Shown here piece after piece: positions 29,201 to 36,532 of a DNA stretch of 64,000 nucleotides. The notes beneath the pieces are model-generated. The model was given only the letters and a program-made list of their open reading frames with translations. It had not been told where the DNA came from and made no database searches. The stretch is from Candidatus Limimorpha caballi (GTDB lineage Bacteria; Bacteroidota; Bacteroidia; Bacteroidales; F082), in the NCBI GenBank assembly GCA_018064605.1, contig JAGHUX010000023.1:149-64148 (forward strand), read 5' to 3'. Position numbers and translations under genes: made by a program. The number at the start of each line of letters is the position of its first letter. The stretch's first letter is position 1.

Positions 29201-29675
29201 AAACCTTCCCCGTTGCCGGAATATATCTCACCGGAGTGAATGAGACCGTCGCAAATGAATAACCGTTCATGTACTGCGTCATCACTTTCGACTGGCAGAC
29301 TTCAGGATACAAACCCTTTGATTCATAAAGGTCTTCGTCAACCACAAAAGGATATTCTTTCTCAGAACCGACCTGACGCATCTTCTGATACGGGAAGAGG
29401 TTGTATGTCCCGTTAAGCTCCACGAAATCGGAATATTCAACCGTAAAATCCTGAGCCTCAGAGTTTTGCGGAAGCAAAAGCGTGACACTCTGCCACGGAA
29501 GCGACGGCTGCCCGACCTTCGCGGTGTTTATCGTTCCATCAAAATAAATCTGGTCGTAACCATTGACAACTCTTGATGTCGGATTGTCAAAATGATAGAC
29601 CTTTTCAACTGTCTGGGCAAATGATAACACGCTCAAAACTATTGAAAACAACGCTGTTAATAATAATTTTTTCAT
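26292..29675 (-). CDS. Secreted C25 (gingipain-like) cysteine peptidase with lectin/MAM-like domains and a T9SS C-terminal sorting domain
   Basis: Signal peptide is present. Candidate catalytic His and Cys lie in HHVGHANTDY and FFHSHGCICGDF. A jelly-roll-like module (FETGDL...WEHSGDERWF...FLVFYID...ACWIDDITF) follows. The last 75 aa (IAIYPNPARENIIV...GVYFVKIVD) are typical of a T9SS type-A CTD. Confidence 0.8.
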   Translation of the reverse strand: MKKLLLTALFSIVLSVLSFAQTVEKVYHFDNPTSRVVNGYDQIYFDGTINTAKVGQPSLPWQSVTLLLPQNSEAQDFTVEYSDFVELNGTYNLFPYQKMRQVGSEKEYPFVVDEDLYESKGLYPEVCQSKVMTQYMNGYSFATVSFTPVRYIPATGKVSYAKTATVKVNVTASKSDKSSLLWATPEIKGKVERLAQNPEAIEQYYTRGRSIPGYELLVITPAEWVSHFDEYVTFYEARGLRTRVAALEDILADNSGRDDQEKMFNYIKQEYENEGIMMVLLGGDTGLVPFRALYVNVFDEEIDNIPADMYFTCFDVDWDANNNGVWGEIGESDYEPEIGIGRLCFNNEVQLNNLLHKTFEYQENPVLGEFRDVILGAEHLGDGYYGSTDLDRLIGGSSDFEYTTVGIPETYNFHKVYADGETGWSGSIFRNAINNYGGGYVHHVGHANTDYVAGWYASGITDGTFNKLDGVTHNYNFFHSHGCICGDFSHGCILEKMTVVSTGFVATTGNSRYGWYSPWGDGPAAHLHREFIDAYYNDRVPYIGTAFVEMKNTVAPIINTGYYYDPYMIWSFWALNIMGDVAVCPWLDEPFRPEISYDAALPQGTTHTTLTVRKIGEAQSNFRCSIFHDGELLAFGQTDLNGVAEVNFFEPLDVAGELQLIVTGPNAYPQTINILGINDNTAFVLSEDITLSDDFGYSNTISMDVDFKNIGMVDANNVTATLSTDSEYIEMINPTATVGAVAAGNTVNIDEAFEFKIADNVPDCEYVDFVVTCTDGNEVWVNNVLYRAMAPQLMINNITYEEVSGNGNDFIESGEIYRVSVAGRNIGHKAALESILHGCEENPYITYTENDVVIGDVEVNGTFEQSLDMIISDETPDGTTIDLEFKAKTGQYAHEKHFIFTVGCVKENFETGDLSHLKWEHSGDERWFVTDNESYTGTYSVRSGEIDNNEITSLMVEMMNTTDGTISFFLKTSTELRKDFLVFYIDNQIQERWSGENDWTFAEFEVKSGNHILEWRYDTSPSGLSEINACWIDDITFPGNTTITDVESITYDNNIAIYPNPARENIIVKSDDIQTVEIFNTVGMKLFSQKTDSNELNINISELTSGVYFVKIVDRKNNSVVRKFIKE

Positions 29676-29733
29676 TTTTATAACGAAATTTATACGAATG
29701 TTTCTACGGATATGGAACCGCTACGTGGTTCTC

Positions 29734-29762
29734 CCCTATTTACCTAACCACCTAATCACCTA
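29734..29762 (-). repeat. Four 8-bp units of the same family as 1-79, overlapping the lysS stop codon
   Basis: Plus strand reads CCCTATTT ACCTAACC ACCTAATC ACCTA, with ACCT/CCCT at 29734, 29742, 29750 and 29758. The lysS sense strand reads TAGGTGATTAGGTGGTTAGGTAAATAGGGG. The strings GGTGATTAGGT and GGTGGTTAGG are shared with the array at 1-79. Confidence 0.7.
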
Positions 29763-31472
29763 ATTAATCCACGCCTCGACCTCTTCAATCTGCAACGCCG
29801 GGACATCCATCTTGTTTTTCTTCCTGATGCCGTTGAGCTTCTCGCGGAGACCGGCGGGTTTCTGTTCCTTGAGCATCTCGACGGATGTGAAATTCTGTTT
29901 CACAAGGACTTCCGCCCAGACTTCCGGGACGCCTATTGCCATGAAGTCTTCTTTTGTCGCGACTTTCTTCACTTTTTCAGGACGCATCTGCGGGAACAGC
30001 AGCACTTCCTGTATCTGTGTCTGGCCTGTGAGCAGCATCACGAAACGGTCGATGCCGATGCCCATGCCCGATGTCGGGGGCATTCCGTATTCGAGTGCGC
30101 GGAGGAAGTCCTGGTCGATGACCATCGCCTCGTCGTCGCCGCGGCCCGCGAGCATCATCTGCTCCTCGAAACGTGCGCGCTGGTCGATGGGGTCGTTAAG
30201 CTCGGTGTATGCGTTGGCGACCTCCTTGCCGTTAATCATAAGCTCGAAACGCTCGGTGAGTTCCGGGTTGTCGCGGTGACGTTTGCATAGCGGCGACATC
30301 TCGACGGGATAGTCGGTGATGAACGTCGGCTGTATGTAATTGCCTTCGCATTTCGCGCCGAAGATCTCGTCGATGAGCTTGCCTTTTCCCATCGAGGGGT
30401 CGATTTCTATCTCAAGCTGCTTGCACACCTCGCGGAGCTGCTCCTCGTTCATGCCGTTGATGTCGATGCCGGTGTTCTCCTTGATGGAGTCGATCATCGA
30501 GATGCGTTTGAACGGACGTTTGAAGCTGATCTCATGATCACCGACCATAACTTTGTCAGTACCAAGCACGTCCATCGCGCAGCGGTGAATCATCTCCTCG
30601 GTGTAGTCCATCATCCAGAGATAGTCTTTGTAAGCAACATAGATTTCAAGACCTGTAAATTCCGGATTATGCGAGCGATCCATGCCCTCGTTGCGGAAGT
30701 TGCGCGAGAACTCATACACGCCGTCGAAGCCGCCCACGATGAGACGTTTCAGGTAAAGCTCGTCGGCGATCCTCAGATACAGAGGAATGTCGAGTGCGTT
30801 GTGGTGCGTGATGAACGGACGTGCCGACGCGCCGCCGGGAATCGACTGAAGCACAGGCGTCTCCACCTCAAGGTAGCCGCTCTCATTGAAGAAACGGCGG
30901 ATGCTGTCGATGGCTCTCGTCCTCTTGATGAAGATGTCCTTGACTTTGTCGTTGACGACGAGGTCAACGTAGCGCATGCGGTAGCGGAGTTCCGGGTCGT
31001 TGAACTCATCGTATTTCACGCCGTCTTTCTCTTTCACTATCGGCAGCGGGCGCAGCGACTTGCTGAGCACCGTGAGTTCTTTCACATGGATGGAGATCTC
31101 GCCCATCTGTGTGCGGAACGCGAAGCCTTTCACGCCGATGAAGTCGCCGATGTCGAGGAGGCGTTTGAAGACGGTGTTGTACATGGTCTTGTCCTCGCCC
31201 GGGCAGATCTCGTCGCGGTTGAGGTAGAGCTGTATGCGTCCGTGTGCGTCCTGCAACTCGCAGAACGAGGCCGCGCCCATGATGCGGCGGCTCATGATAC
31301 GTCCGCCGATGCTCACGCTGTCGAATTTCGCGAGGTCGTTGTCGTCAAACTGCTCTTTAATCTGGACTGTGGTGACATTCACGTCGAACGCCGCCTGAGG
31401 ATAAGGGTTGATACCTAATTTATAAAGCTCCTGCAAGGAGTTTCTTCTGATTTGTTCTTGTTCGCTTAACAT
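29760..31472 (-). CDS. lysS: Lysine--tRNA ligase (class II) with a Bacteroidota-type C-terminal extension
   Basis: Contains [18 protein letters not shown] (motif 2 region) and [13 protein letters not shown] (motif 3 region). 570 aa. Confidence 0.9.
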   Translation of the reverse strand: MLSEQEQIRRNSLQELYKLGINPYPQAAFDVNVTTVQIKEQFDDNDLAKFDSVSIGGRIMSRRIMGAASFCELQDAHGRIQLYLNRDEICPGEDKTMYNTVFKRLLDIGDFIGVKGFAFRTQMGEISIHVKELTVLSKSLRPLPIVKEKDGVKYDEFNDPELRYRMRYVDLVVNDKVKDIFIKRTRAIDSIRRFFNESGYLEVETPVLQSIPGGASARPFITHHNALDIPLYLRIADELYLKRLIVGGFDGVYEFSRNFRNEGMDRSHNPEFTGLEIYVAYKDYLWMMDYTEEMIHRCAMDVLGTDKVMVGDHEISFKRPFKRISMIDSIKENTGIDINGMNEEQLREVCKQLEIEIDPSMGKGKLIDEIFGAKCEGNYIQPTFITDYPVEMSPLCKRHRDNPELTERFELMINGKEVANAYTELNDPIDQRARFEEQMMLAGRGDDEAMVIDQDFLRALEYGMPPTSGMGIGIDRFVMLLTGQTQIQEVLLFPQMRPEKVKKVATKEDFMAIGVPEVWAEVLVKQNFTSVEMLKEQKPAGLREKLNGIRKKNKMDVPALQIEEVEAWIN

Positions 31473-31495
31473 TTTTACAAAAAATTATTTGGGCG

Positions 31496-31503
31496 CAAAG
31501 ATA
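31496..31503 (-). promoter_or_regulatory. -7 promoter box (TATCTTTG) for lysS
   Basis: Minus strand reads CTTATCTTTGCGCCCAAA, 24 nt upstream of the ATG at 31472. Confidence 0.5.
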
Positions 31504-31549
31504 AGAAAAAAGCTGTTATCTTCGCATGAATTGTTTCTTGAAAATTCCC

Positions 31550-31566
31550 GGTGAATTTCATTCACC
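31550..31566 (-). terminator. Weak hairpin downstream of folB
   Basis: GGTGAAT-TTC-ATTCACC forms a 7-bp stem 12 nt after the folB stop. On the minus strand it is followed only by GGGAATTTTC, a poor U-tract. Confidence 0.3.
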
Positions 31567-31577
31567 ATCATCAAACG

Positions 31578-31928
31578 TCACATCTCTATTTCCACCGAGA
31601 CGCTCTCCATCACGCCACCGAGCGGCGGGTTCATCTTCTTCACCTTGACCCAGGCATACGACACCGCCGGAAATTGCCTGCCGATGGCGTCCAAGATACG
31701 CCGCGCCACGTTTTCGAGTAGATGTGACGGCATCATCATCTGTTCCTTAACAACCTGATACACAGACTGATAATTGACGGTATCTTCAAGATTGTCAGAC
31801 TTCTCAGCCTTTGAAGTATCGACTTCCAAACTCAGGTCAACATTGAACCATGTGCCTATCTTGCGTTCTTCCTCGAAGCAGCCGTGATAGGCGTAAAACT
31901 CCATTTTTTCTATTGAAATAAGTGCCAT
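31578..31928 (-). CDS. folB: Dihydroneopterin aldolase
   Basis: 116 aa. The N-terminus IEKMEFYAYHGCFEEERKIGTWFNVDL is typical of FolB. Confidence 0.85.
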   Translation of the reverse strand: MALISIEKMEFYAYHGCFEEERKIGTWFNVDLSLEVDTSKAEKSDNLEDTVNYQSVYQVVKEQMMMPSHLLENVARRILDAIGRQFPAVSYAWVKVKKMNPPLGGVMESVSVEIEM

Positions 31929-31973
31929 AAAATGATTTTGAACATTGTCAAATTAAACAAGGATTCACGACCG

Positions 31974-31981
31974 CAAAGGTA
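31974..31981 (-). promoter_or_regulatory. -7 promoter box (TACCTTTG) for folB
   Basis: Minus strand reads GTCGTACCTTTGCGGTCG, 46 nt upstream of the ATG at 31928. Confidence 0.45.
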
Positions 31982-32106
31982 CGACATAAAAATGGGAAAA
32001 TTTCATTCGGTGTGAAATTTTTTCGGTTTTGGAATGGTGACGGCTGCGGATGAAGGCTGATGATTCTGCTATTGATAAAAAAGATTAAACATTTGGGTGA
32101 GAAATC

Positions 32107-32760
32107 TTGGAAATTTGTATCTTTGCCGCTGTGAAAAACAAATTCTATACGGTATGGAGCGGCCGTCGTGTCGGCGTGTTCTCGAGTTGGGACGAGTGTC
32201 GTCTTCAGGTCGAGGGCTTTGCCGGTGCGCGCTACAAAGGCTTTCCCGACAGGCAGTCGGCGGAAAACGCCTTCAAAGACGGTTACGAGAGGGCGAATGA
32301 CAAGAACACACTGACATCCGAGAGGATCGGGCGGCTTCCCGAGAATCAGCCGAGGCCGAACGTCACCTACATCGCTGTTGACGCGGCATGTTCTGGCAAC
32401 CCCGGCAAGATGGAATACCGCGGTGTGTATGTCGAGACCGGCACCGAGATATTCAAAAGTCCTGTCTTTGAGGGCGGGACCAACAATATCGGGGAGTTCC
32501 TGGCCATTGTTCACTGCCTCGCATGGGAACAGAAGAACCGCCTCAACATCCCGATTTATTCCGATTCATATAACGGACAGAAATGGGTCAGCGAGGGCAG
32601 ATGCAAGACGAAACTGCAGGAGAGCAAGAAGAACGAATACCTCTTTGATGTTATCCGCCGCGCAGAGAGATGGCTCGCAGAGAACACGTTCCGCGTGCCG
32701 ATATATAAATGGAGAACAGAAATATGGGGAGAAATCCCCGCTGACTTTGGGAGAAAATGA
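32107..32760 (+). CDS. rnhA: Ribonuclease H1 with an N-terminal hybrid-binding domain (HBD)
   Basis: HBD: KFYTVWSGRRVGVFSSWDECRLQVEGFAGARYKGF. RNase H core acidic residues lie in VDAACSGNPG, NNIGEFLAIVH and IYSDS. The true start may be the GTG at 32131 (see findings). Confidence 0.85.
   Translation: MEICIFAAVKNKFYTVWSGRRVGVFSSWDECRLQVEGFAGARYKGFPDRQSAENAFKDGYERANDKNTLTSERIGRLPENQPRPNVTYIAVDAACSGNPGKMEYRGVYVETGTEIFKSPVFEGGTNNIGEFLAIVHCLAWEQKNRLNIPIYSDSYNGQKWVSEGRCKTKLQESKKNEYLFDVIRRAERWLAENTFRVPIYKWRTEIWGEIPADFGRK
32118..32125 (+). promoter_or_regulatory. -7 promoter box (TATCTTTG) for rnhA, located inside the longest rnhA ORF
   Basis: Sequence TTGTATCTTTGCCGCTGTG. The box lies downstream of the ATG at 32107 and 5 nt upstream of an in-frame GTG at 32131. 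Confidence 0.4.
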
Positions 32761-33515
32761 TAAACTTTGACACATTCTATATCAGATGTCCGCGCTGCGG
32801 CTCTCACCTCGAAGGCCATCTCGTGAGGTCGGAACTGGTTAACAAATCGGTGCTGTTCTCAGATGGCAAGACGTTGAACGACAATTATATAACTGAACCT
32901 CAGAAACTCATCATCTGTCCGGCGTGCAGCCATTGGTACTGGATCGAGAAATACGAGGAGCCTGTCGTGAGCTACGAGAAACCCGACGCAACGGTCTATA
33001 ACTGGAACCACTGGCGGTTCTTCGGCGTGCATTTCAACAACAACCAGGGCAAAATCGCCCTCGTGAACCATTACAAAAAGGCTCTTGAGATACTGAATGG
33101 CGACCGCGACAAGGAACTTTACATACGACGGCTGATGTGGTGGGCCTTCAACGACCTCGTGCGCAACAACTACCAACGGACGCTGAAATATCTCATGTCG
33201 GGACAAATGAGCTTCAACGTGTGGCGCAAGAACCGCATGAAACTGCACGAAGGCCGCATCATCTTCCGCAAGTTCCGCGATGATTATGTGGCCAACATGA
33301 GGGAGCTGCTGGTGCTCCTCAAGAGCCGTTACACCCCCGACGACGAGGAGTACGAGGCCTCCATGCTTGAAATAATCGAGCTCTACCGCGAAATGGGCGA
33401 ATACGGAGAGGCACAGAAAATCCTCAACACCATACCGCGACGCACGCACTACATCGCGAGAATAGAACGCGAAGTCAAGAAAAAACACGACTTCGTATTC
33501 CTTGTTGTAGGTTGA
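32757..33515 (+). CDS. Hypothetical protein: N-terminal zinc ribbon plus a helical (TPR-like) C-terminal region
   Basis: CPRC (aa 11-14) and CPAC (aa 55-58) form a four-Cys ribbon. The C-terminal half is helical (LEIIELYREMGEYGEAQKILNTIP). ATGA overlap with the rnhA stop at 32757-32760. I recognise no family. Confidence 0.6.
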   Translation: MINFDTFYIRCPRCGSHLEGHLVRSELVNKSVLFSDGKTLNDNYITEPQKLIICPACSHWYWIEKYEEPVVSYEKPDATVYNWNHWRFFGVHFNNNQGKIALVNHYKKALEILNGDRDKELYIRRLMWWAFNDLVRNNYQRTLKYLMSGQMSFNVWRKNRMKLHEGRIIFRKFRDDYVANMRELLVLLKSRYTPDDEEYEASMLEIIELYREMGEYGEAQKILNTIPRRTHYIARIEREVKKKHDFVFLVVG

Positions 33516-33522
33516 TAATCAA

Positions 33523-34242
33523 CTATTCACCTAATAATCTGTTGATGACGTGCGATGCGCAGAAGCATCCGAAGACTGCGGGCATGTAAGAAATCGTGCC
33601 GACAGTGGCGATTTTGTTCTCCATTTTCTCGTCCCCGACGACGAAGGCGGTATCCGCGACCTTCTCCGGCGAATAGACCACGGTGATCCCTTCACGGATG
33701 CCGAGACGGTGAAGGCGTTTGCGGATGTAAAAAGCGAGACGGCACTCATGCGATTTCGCAATGTCAACAATCTCAATCCGTTCGGGGTGGAACTTCCCGC
33801 CCGCACCCATGCAACTCACGATGTTCTGATGGTTCTGTACCGCATAATACAGCAGGAACACCTTCGGCGCAAGTGTGTCGATGGCATCGACAATAAAATC
33901 GAACTTCTGCTCCATCAGGTCGATAATAGATTGGTCCTTAAGATATTGCGTGACAACATGCAGGTTGATGTCGGGGTTGATGTCGCGTAGTCTCTCTGCC
34001 ATCACCTCGGTCTTGAGGCGTCCGACAGTGCTGTCGAGCGCGAGGATCTGACGGTTTTTGTTTGTGACATTGACCGTGTCGCTGTCGATTATCGTCATCT
34101 CCCCTATCCCGGCGCGTGCGAGCTGCTCGGCGGCGTATGCGCCGACACCGCCCAGACCGACGACCAAGACGTGCGCCCGGGCAAGTCTCTCCACACCTTC
34201 GTCACCAACCAATATTCGCGTTCTGTCCTTCCAGTTTTCCAT
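33523..34242 (-). CDS. tcdA: tRNA threonylcarbamoyladenosine dehydratase (ThiF/E1-like)
   Basis: Rossmann motif VLVVGLGGVGAYAAEQLARAGIGEMTIIDSD. Start chosen at MENWKDRT (34242); the ORF track begins at 34269. Either start overlaps the end of the upstream tatD-like gene. Confidence 0.8.
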   Translation of the reverse strand: MENWKDRTRILVGDEGVERLARAHVLVVGLGGVGAYAAEQLARAGIGEMTIIDSDTVNVTNKNRQILALDSTVGRLKTEVMAERLRDINPDINLHVVTQYLKDQSIIDLMEQKFDFIVDAIDTLAPKVFLLYYAVQNHQNIVSCMGAGGKFHPERIEIVDIAKSHECRLAFYIRKRLHRLGIREGITVVYSPEKVADTAFVVGDEKMENKIATVGTISYMPAVFGCFCASHVINRLLGE

Positions 34243-34888
34243 AACCGAAAATACCCTTGTAATTTTCAAAAATCATTTTCTCCCAAAAATCCACGTCGCG
34301 GTTTGTCAACGCCGCCGTTTTCTCATAAACGCCGATGATGTCCCTGCCGGAGACGTCGGTCTCAAGAAACATCTTCCCGAACGGAACTGCATCGAGAACC
34401 TTAACCGCTTGACTTTCATTTCTATATAACATCTCCCCGAACGACAGCCACATCCCGTGATTCACCAGTTGCTGAGCCGACTCCGGCGAGCCTTGGAAAC
34501 CATGTATTATCCACGGCATGGCCGCCCTCTTTTCCTTTTTTATCGAGATGATGTCGGAATAAGCCCGCACGGCATGGATTATCAACGGCTTACGAATCTG
34601 TTCCGAAAGACTGACCATCTTCAGGAAAACTTCACGTTGCTTTTCAAATGTCGCCGGATGCGCCCTGTCGAGCCCCGACTCTCCGACGGCAACGAAACGC
34701 TTGTTTTCAAACAACTCGTCAAATATCTCAAAATCAACACTTTGACACACATTCCACGGATGAATACCGGCAGAAAAAAGGACGTTGGAATCACCGTCCT
34801 TTATTTTATCCGTGAAATCGAAATTCACAATCTTGACAACTTGTTGATTGTCATTGTTTCTGTCGTGTGTGTGAACATCAACAAACAT
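34202..34888 (-). CDS. TatD-family metal-dependent hydrolase
   Basis: Contains the VDVHTH, GESGLD and IIHAV motifs of TatD/YjjV-type amidohydrolase-fold nucleases. Confidence 0.75.
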   Translation of the reverse strand: MFVDVHTHDRNNDNQQVVKIVNFDFTDKIKDGDSNVLFSAGIHPWNVCQSVDFEIFDELFENKRFVAVGESGLDRAHPATFEKQREVFLKMVSLSEQIRKPLIIHAVRAYSDIISIKKEKRAAMPWIIHGFQGSPESAQQLVNHGMWLSFGEMLYRNESQAVKVLDAVPFGKMFLETDVSGRDIIGVYEKTAALTNRDVDFWEKMIFENYKGIFGYGKLEGQNANIGW

Positions 34889-35589
34889 CAGAAATCGACA
34901 TTTGGCTGTGCGATGAGTTCCAATGTGTCGAGGTCGAGTGCCATCAGGTTGCCGAAGCCGTCCTTGCCTTTATAGTAAACACCATTGTCCAAGGCAATGA
35001 AATTGAAGTTGTTGGAGTTTATGAGTGTCTCTATCAAGCCATATTCGACGGGAACATGTCCGTGGACAATTTTCTTGCCGCCAGTCTTTGATGCATCGAC
35101 TTTGAACTCGCGCACCCACATCATCGAGTAAATGTCGTCGAATGGGTTCGGAGCGTTGAAGTTCATTCCGGCATGCACGAGGATATATTTGTCGAGCTCA
35201 ATGAAAAACTCGCCTTTTTTCATCCATTCGATGTATTTCTCATCTATGTTACGCGGTCTTTTGACGCCGAAACTCGCAAGCGTCGATTTTGCGCCGTAGC
35301 GTTCCCATTCTCTTTGGACGGAACTCTTCCCAATGAGTCTCTTCTGGTCAGCCTCAAACGACCTGATGCAGAAATCCTCATGATTACCAATGAGATACCT
35401 AACATTATAGCCTTGTTCCTGGAGGCTCATGATGTAATCGATGACGCTTTTCCCGTCGGGACCTCTGTCGATGTAATCGCCAAGAAAAAACAACGAGTCA
35501 TCCTTTGTCAGTTGGAGGCAATTCTCAACGAGCACTCTCAGAGTCTCGACGTATCCGTGAATATCAGGGATGACCCAACGTTTTTTCAT
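34888..35589 (-). CDS. Calcineurin-like metallophosphoesterase (PPP-type Ser/Thr phosphatase / ApaH-like)
   Basis: Contains the motifs IPDIHG, GDYIDRGPDG, GNHED and VHGH. Confidence 0.8.
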   Translation of the reverse strand: MKKRWVIPDIHGYVETLRVLVENCLQLTKDDSLFFLGDYIDRGPDGKSVIDYIMSLQEQGYNVRYLIGNHEDFCIRSFEADQKRLIGKSSVQREWERYGAKSTLASFGVKRPRNIDEKYIEWMKKGEFFIELDKYILVHAGMNFNAPNPFDDIYSMMWVREFKVDASKTGGKKIVHGHVPVEYGLIETLINSNNFNFIALDNGVYYKGKDGFGNLMALDLDTLELIAQPNVDF

Positions 35590-35606
35590 GTTAATTTCCC
35601 GATTGT

Positions 35607-36353
35607 TTATTTCGCTTTCCCTTGATTTGCAACGCTTTGCATCTTGGCTGCAACGACATCCGGGTCACCGATGAATTTATGGTCAAGGAGGTTCATCTTG
35701 TCGTCGAATTCGAAGACGTAAGGTATCGCAGTCGGGATGTTGAATTTTATTATTTCCTCGTTTGTCATGCCACGGAGTTCCTTGACGATGCCACGGAGGC
35801 TGTTGCCGTGTGCGACCACCATCACCTGGTCGTGGTTTTCGAAAGCCTTGAGGATCACGTCTTTATAGTAAGGCATGAGACGGTTGATGCAGTCTTTGAG
35901 CGATTCCGTCAGCGGGATCTGTTCGTCTGTCATCTCAGCGTAACGCGGGTCCTGGCGCGGACTTTTCGGGTCGTCCATCGCGAACGCGGGCGGCTGCATG
36001 TCGAAAGAACGACGCCACTTCTGCACCATGTCATCGCCGTATTTCTTGGCCATCTCAACCTTGTTCGAACCCTGCAACTGACCGTAACTCTTCTCGTTCA
36101 GACGCCATGTCTTGCTAACCGGCAACCAGTCCAAGTCCATGACATCAAGGATGTTGTTCAACGTCTTAATCGCCCTTTTCAGATATGATGTGAAGCAAAT
36201 CTCAGGCCTGTAGCCCGCCTCAAGCAGAGCCCTGCCCGCCTCTTTCGCCTCATTTATGCCATTTTCCGACAAATCTACATTCGTCCAACCTGTGAAAAGG
36301 TTCAACTTGTTCCATTCACTTTCGCCGTGGCGAACCAAAATAAGCTGTTTCAT
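35607..36353 (-). CDS. gpmA: 2,3-bisphosphoglycerate-dependent phosphoglycerate mutase
   Basis: Contains LVRHGESEWNKLNLFTGW and VVAHGNSLRG. Confidence 0.9.
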   Translation of the reverse strand: MKQLILVRHGESEWNKLNLFTGWTNVDLSENGINEAKEAGRALLEAGYRPEICFTSYLKRAIKTLNNILDVMDLDWLPVSKTWRLNEKSYGQLQGSNKVEMAKKYGDDMVQKWRRSFDMQPPAFAMDDPKSPRQDPRYAEMTDEQIPLTESLKDCINRLMPYYKDVILKAFENHDQVMVVAHGNSLRGIVKELRGMTNEEIIKFNIPTAIPYVFEFDDKMNLLDHKFIGDPDVVAAKMQSVANQGKAK

Positions 36354-36472
36354 TGTTCAAAATTTATTCCAGATGTTGTTTTCTCAAAAAGAACTGCAAA
36401 AATACTAAAAAAATCAATGTTACAATTATCAGTTCTTAATTATTTTTTGAGGCGAGATAAGAAATTTATCCG

Positions 36473-36480
36473 TATCTTTG
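36473..36480 (+). promoter_or_regulatory. -7 promoter box (TATCTTTG) for the PSP1-gldH-PBP1A run
   Basis: Sequence CCGTATCTTTGCAAG, 53 nt upstream of the ATG at 36533. Confidence 0.45.
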
Positions 36481-36532
36481 CAAGTTTAAAAAACACGCTT
36501 ATCGCGGATACATACATAAATAAATTTACATC

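Noticed and set aside
31948-32514. A 188-aa minus-strand ORF between folB and the RNase H region.
   Set aside because: It is antisense to the well-supported rnhA gene and spans the folB/rnhA promoter region. The sequence is low in complexity with no motif. It would also place a gene across two promoter boxes.
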